Position numbers and translations under genes: made by a program. Shown here in pieces: positions 63,201 to 64,000 of a DNA stretch of 64,000 bases. The notes below the pieces were generated by a model. The model was given only the letters and a program-made list of their open reading frames with translations. It had not been told where the DNA came from and did not search any database. The stretch's first letter is position 1. The number at the start of each line of letters is the position of its first letter. Source of the stretch: Leucoraja erinacea (lineage: Eukaryota); assembly GCF_028641065.1 (NCBI RefSeq), contig NC_073377.1, positions 164,424,001 through 164,488,000 on the forward strand, given 5' to 3'.

Positions 63201-64000
63201 AGGTTGATCTGTGTTGTGCTTATTACTGCTGTGGTAACCCAGAGCTTTTAAAACAGCTGAAGATCAGATAGATCTAAATTCAGTCGGATTGGAATCTATT
63301 CTGAGGTTTTTTTTTAACATCTATATACAACATAGGACAGGTGTCAGACAGCAATCTGATACAGTACAACAACCTTCTGCTTCAGAAACATGCAGCTTTA
63401 TAAACAGTCTGCAGGATCAGATTTAGTTAGGTACATGAATTTATTTATGGGTTGGTTACTGTGAGGTCCAGTGTCATAAATCTAGATTCTCTGGGGCTAT
63501 CAAAATGTCTCTATCACCAGTGGAAAAAACATTAAAAAAAAACAAATATAGCTATTCCGTTGGTGTAGTCTATAACTTTTTTCAAGCAAGACTAATGAAT
63601 TATTAAGACTAGGAAAATCTCAACGTTACTGAGCTATGAAAATTGTGGTCTCTAATGTTTGGATGCTGTGAGTTGCTGATTTAGATTGAAATGTATCTGT
63701 GTGCATGAGTGTATTTTAGCAAGTCACACATCAATGGTGTCATTGTAAAGAAAGCAGCATGTGCTCTACTTAGGCACCTTGTGAGTATTCACAACAGAAA
63801 TCTTGCTATCAACAGTCTTGCAAAATTAGATCTCAACACTTGAATATGGTGTGTTTTCAAGTTGCACAGAAGACACAATGGTAGGAAGCACTCTACTCCA
63901 TTCTAAATTTAAAAACAATTATATTTTGACTAGTGTGATGATATTTAGGAATGTGTCCTGGTCTCCAGACTTCGACCAAACTCTATTTTCAGACAAGAAG

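Noticed and set aside
60300-64000. ORFs of 100-135 aa in the distal upstream region
   Set aside because: AT-rich, no recognisable domains or consistent splice pattern.

Overview
Eukaryotic, repeat-rich vertebrate DNA. HE1-like SINEs plus abundant CR1 and Penelope copies point to a cartilaginous fish, probably a skate or ray (inference). The only host gene is the 5' part of ANKRD50 on the minus strand: a CpG-island promoter (~45.4-46.2 kb, two ZNF143-type motifs), a first coding exon (CDS 44311-44771, Walker A GGPGSGKT), a 40.2-kb intron and a 230-bp second coding exon (3843-4072, Walker B). The gene continues beyond position 1. The rest is intronic or upstream DNA full of transposon relics (CR1, Rex-Babar-like, Tx1/L1, Vingi/Ingi-like, Penelope, Gypsy, Tc1, hAT-like and P-like MITEs, HE1-like SINEs), minisatellites and one assembly gap. 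Four observations stand out. (1) A 136-bp TSD-flanked retroelement (51298-51433, minus) whose first 54 nt fold into an HDV/CPEB3-like ribozyme, with the predicted cleavage site exactly at the insertion's 5' junction; it looks like a ribozyme-headed SINE with a Vingi-like (GAA)n tail. (2) A pre-tRNA-Gly(GCC) with leader, trailer and TTTT, fused to a LINE 3' tail and inserted into a CR1 (47082-47244), possibly a nascent SINE or chimeric retrocopy. (3) Penelope-derived short units carrying minimal hammerhead cores and long TSDs. (4) A 2.7-kb satellite-containing composite segment flanked by a 23-bp direct repeat. Element family names are by-eye recognition, not database results.
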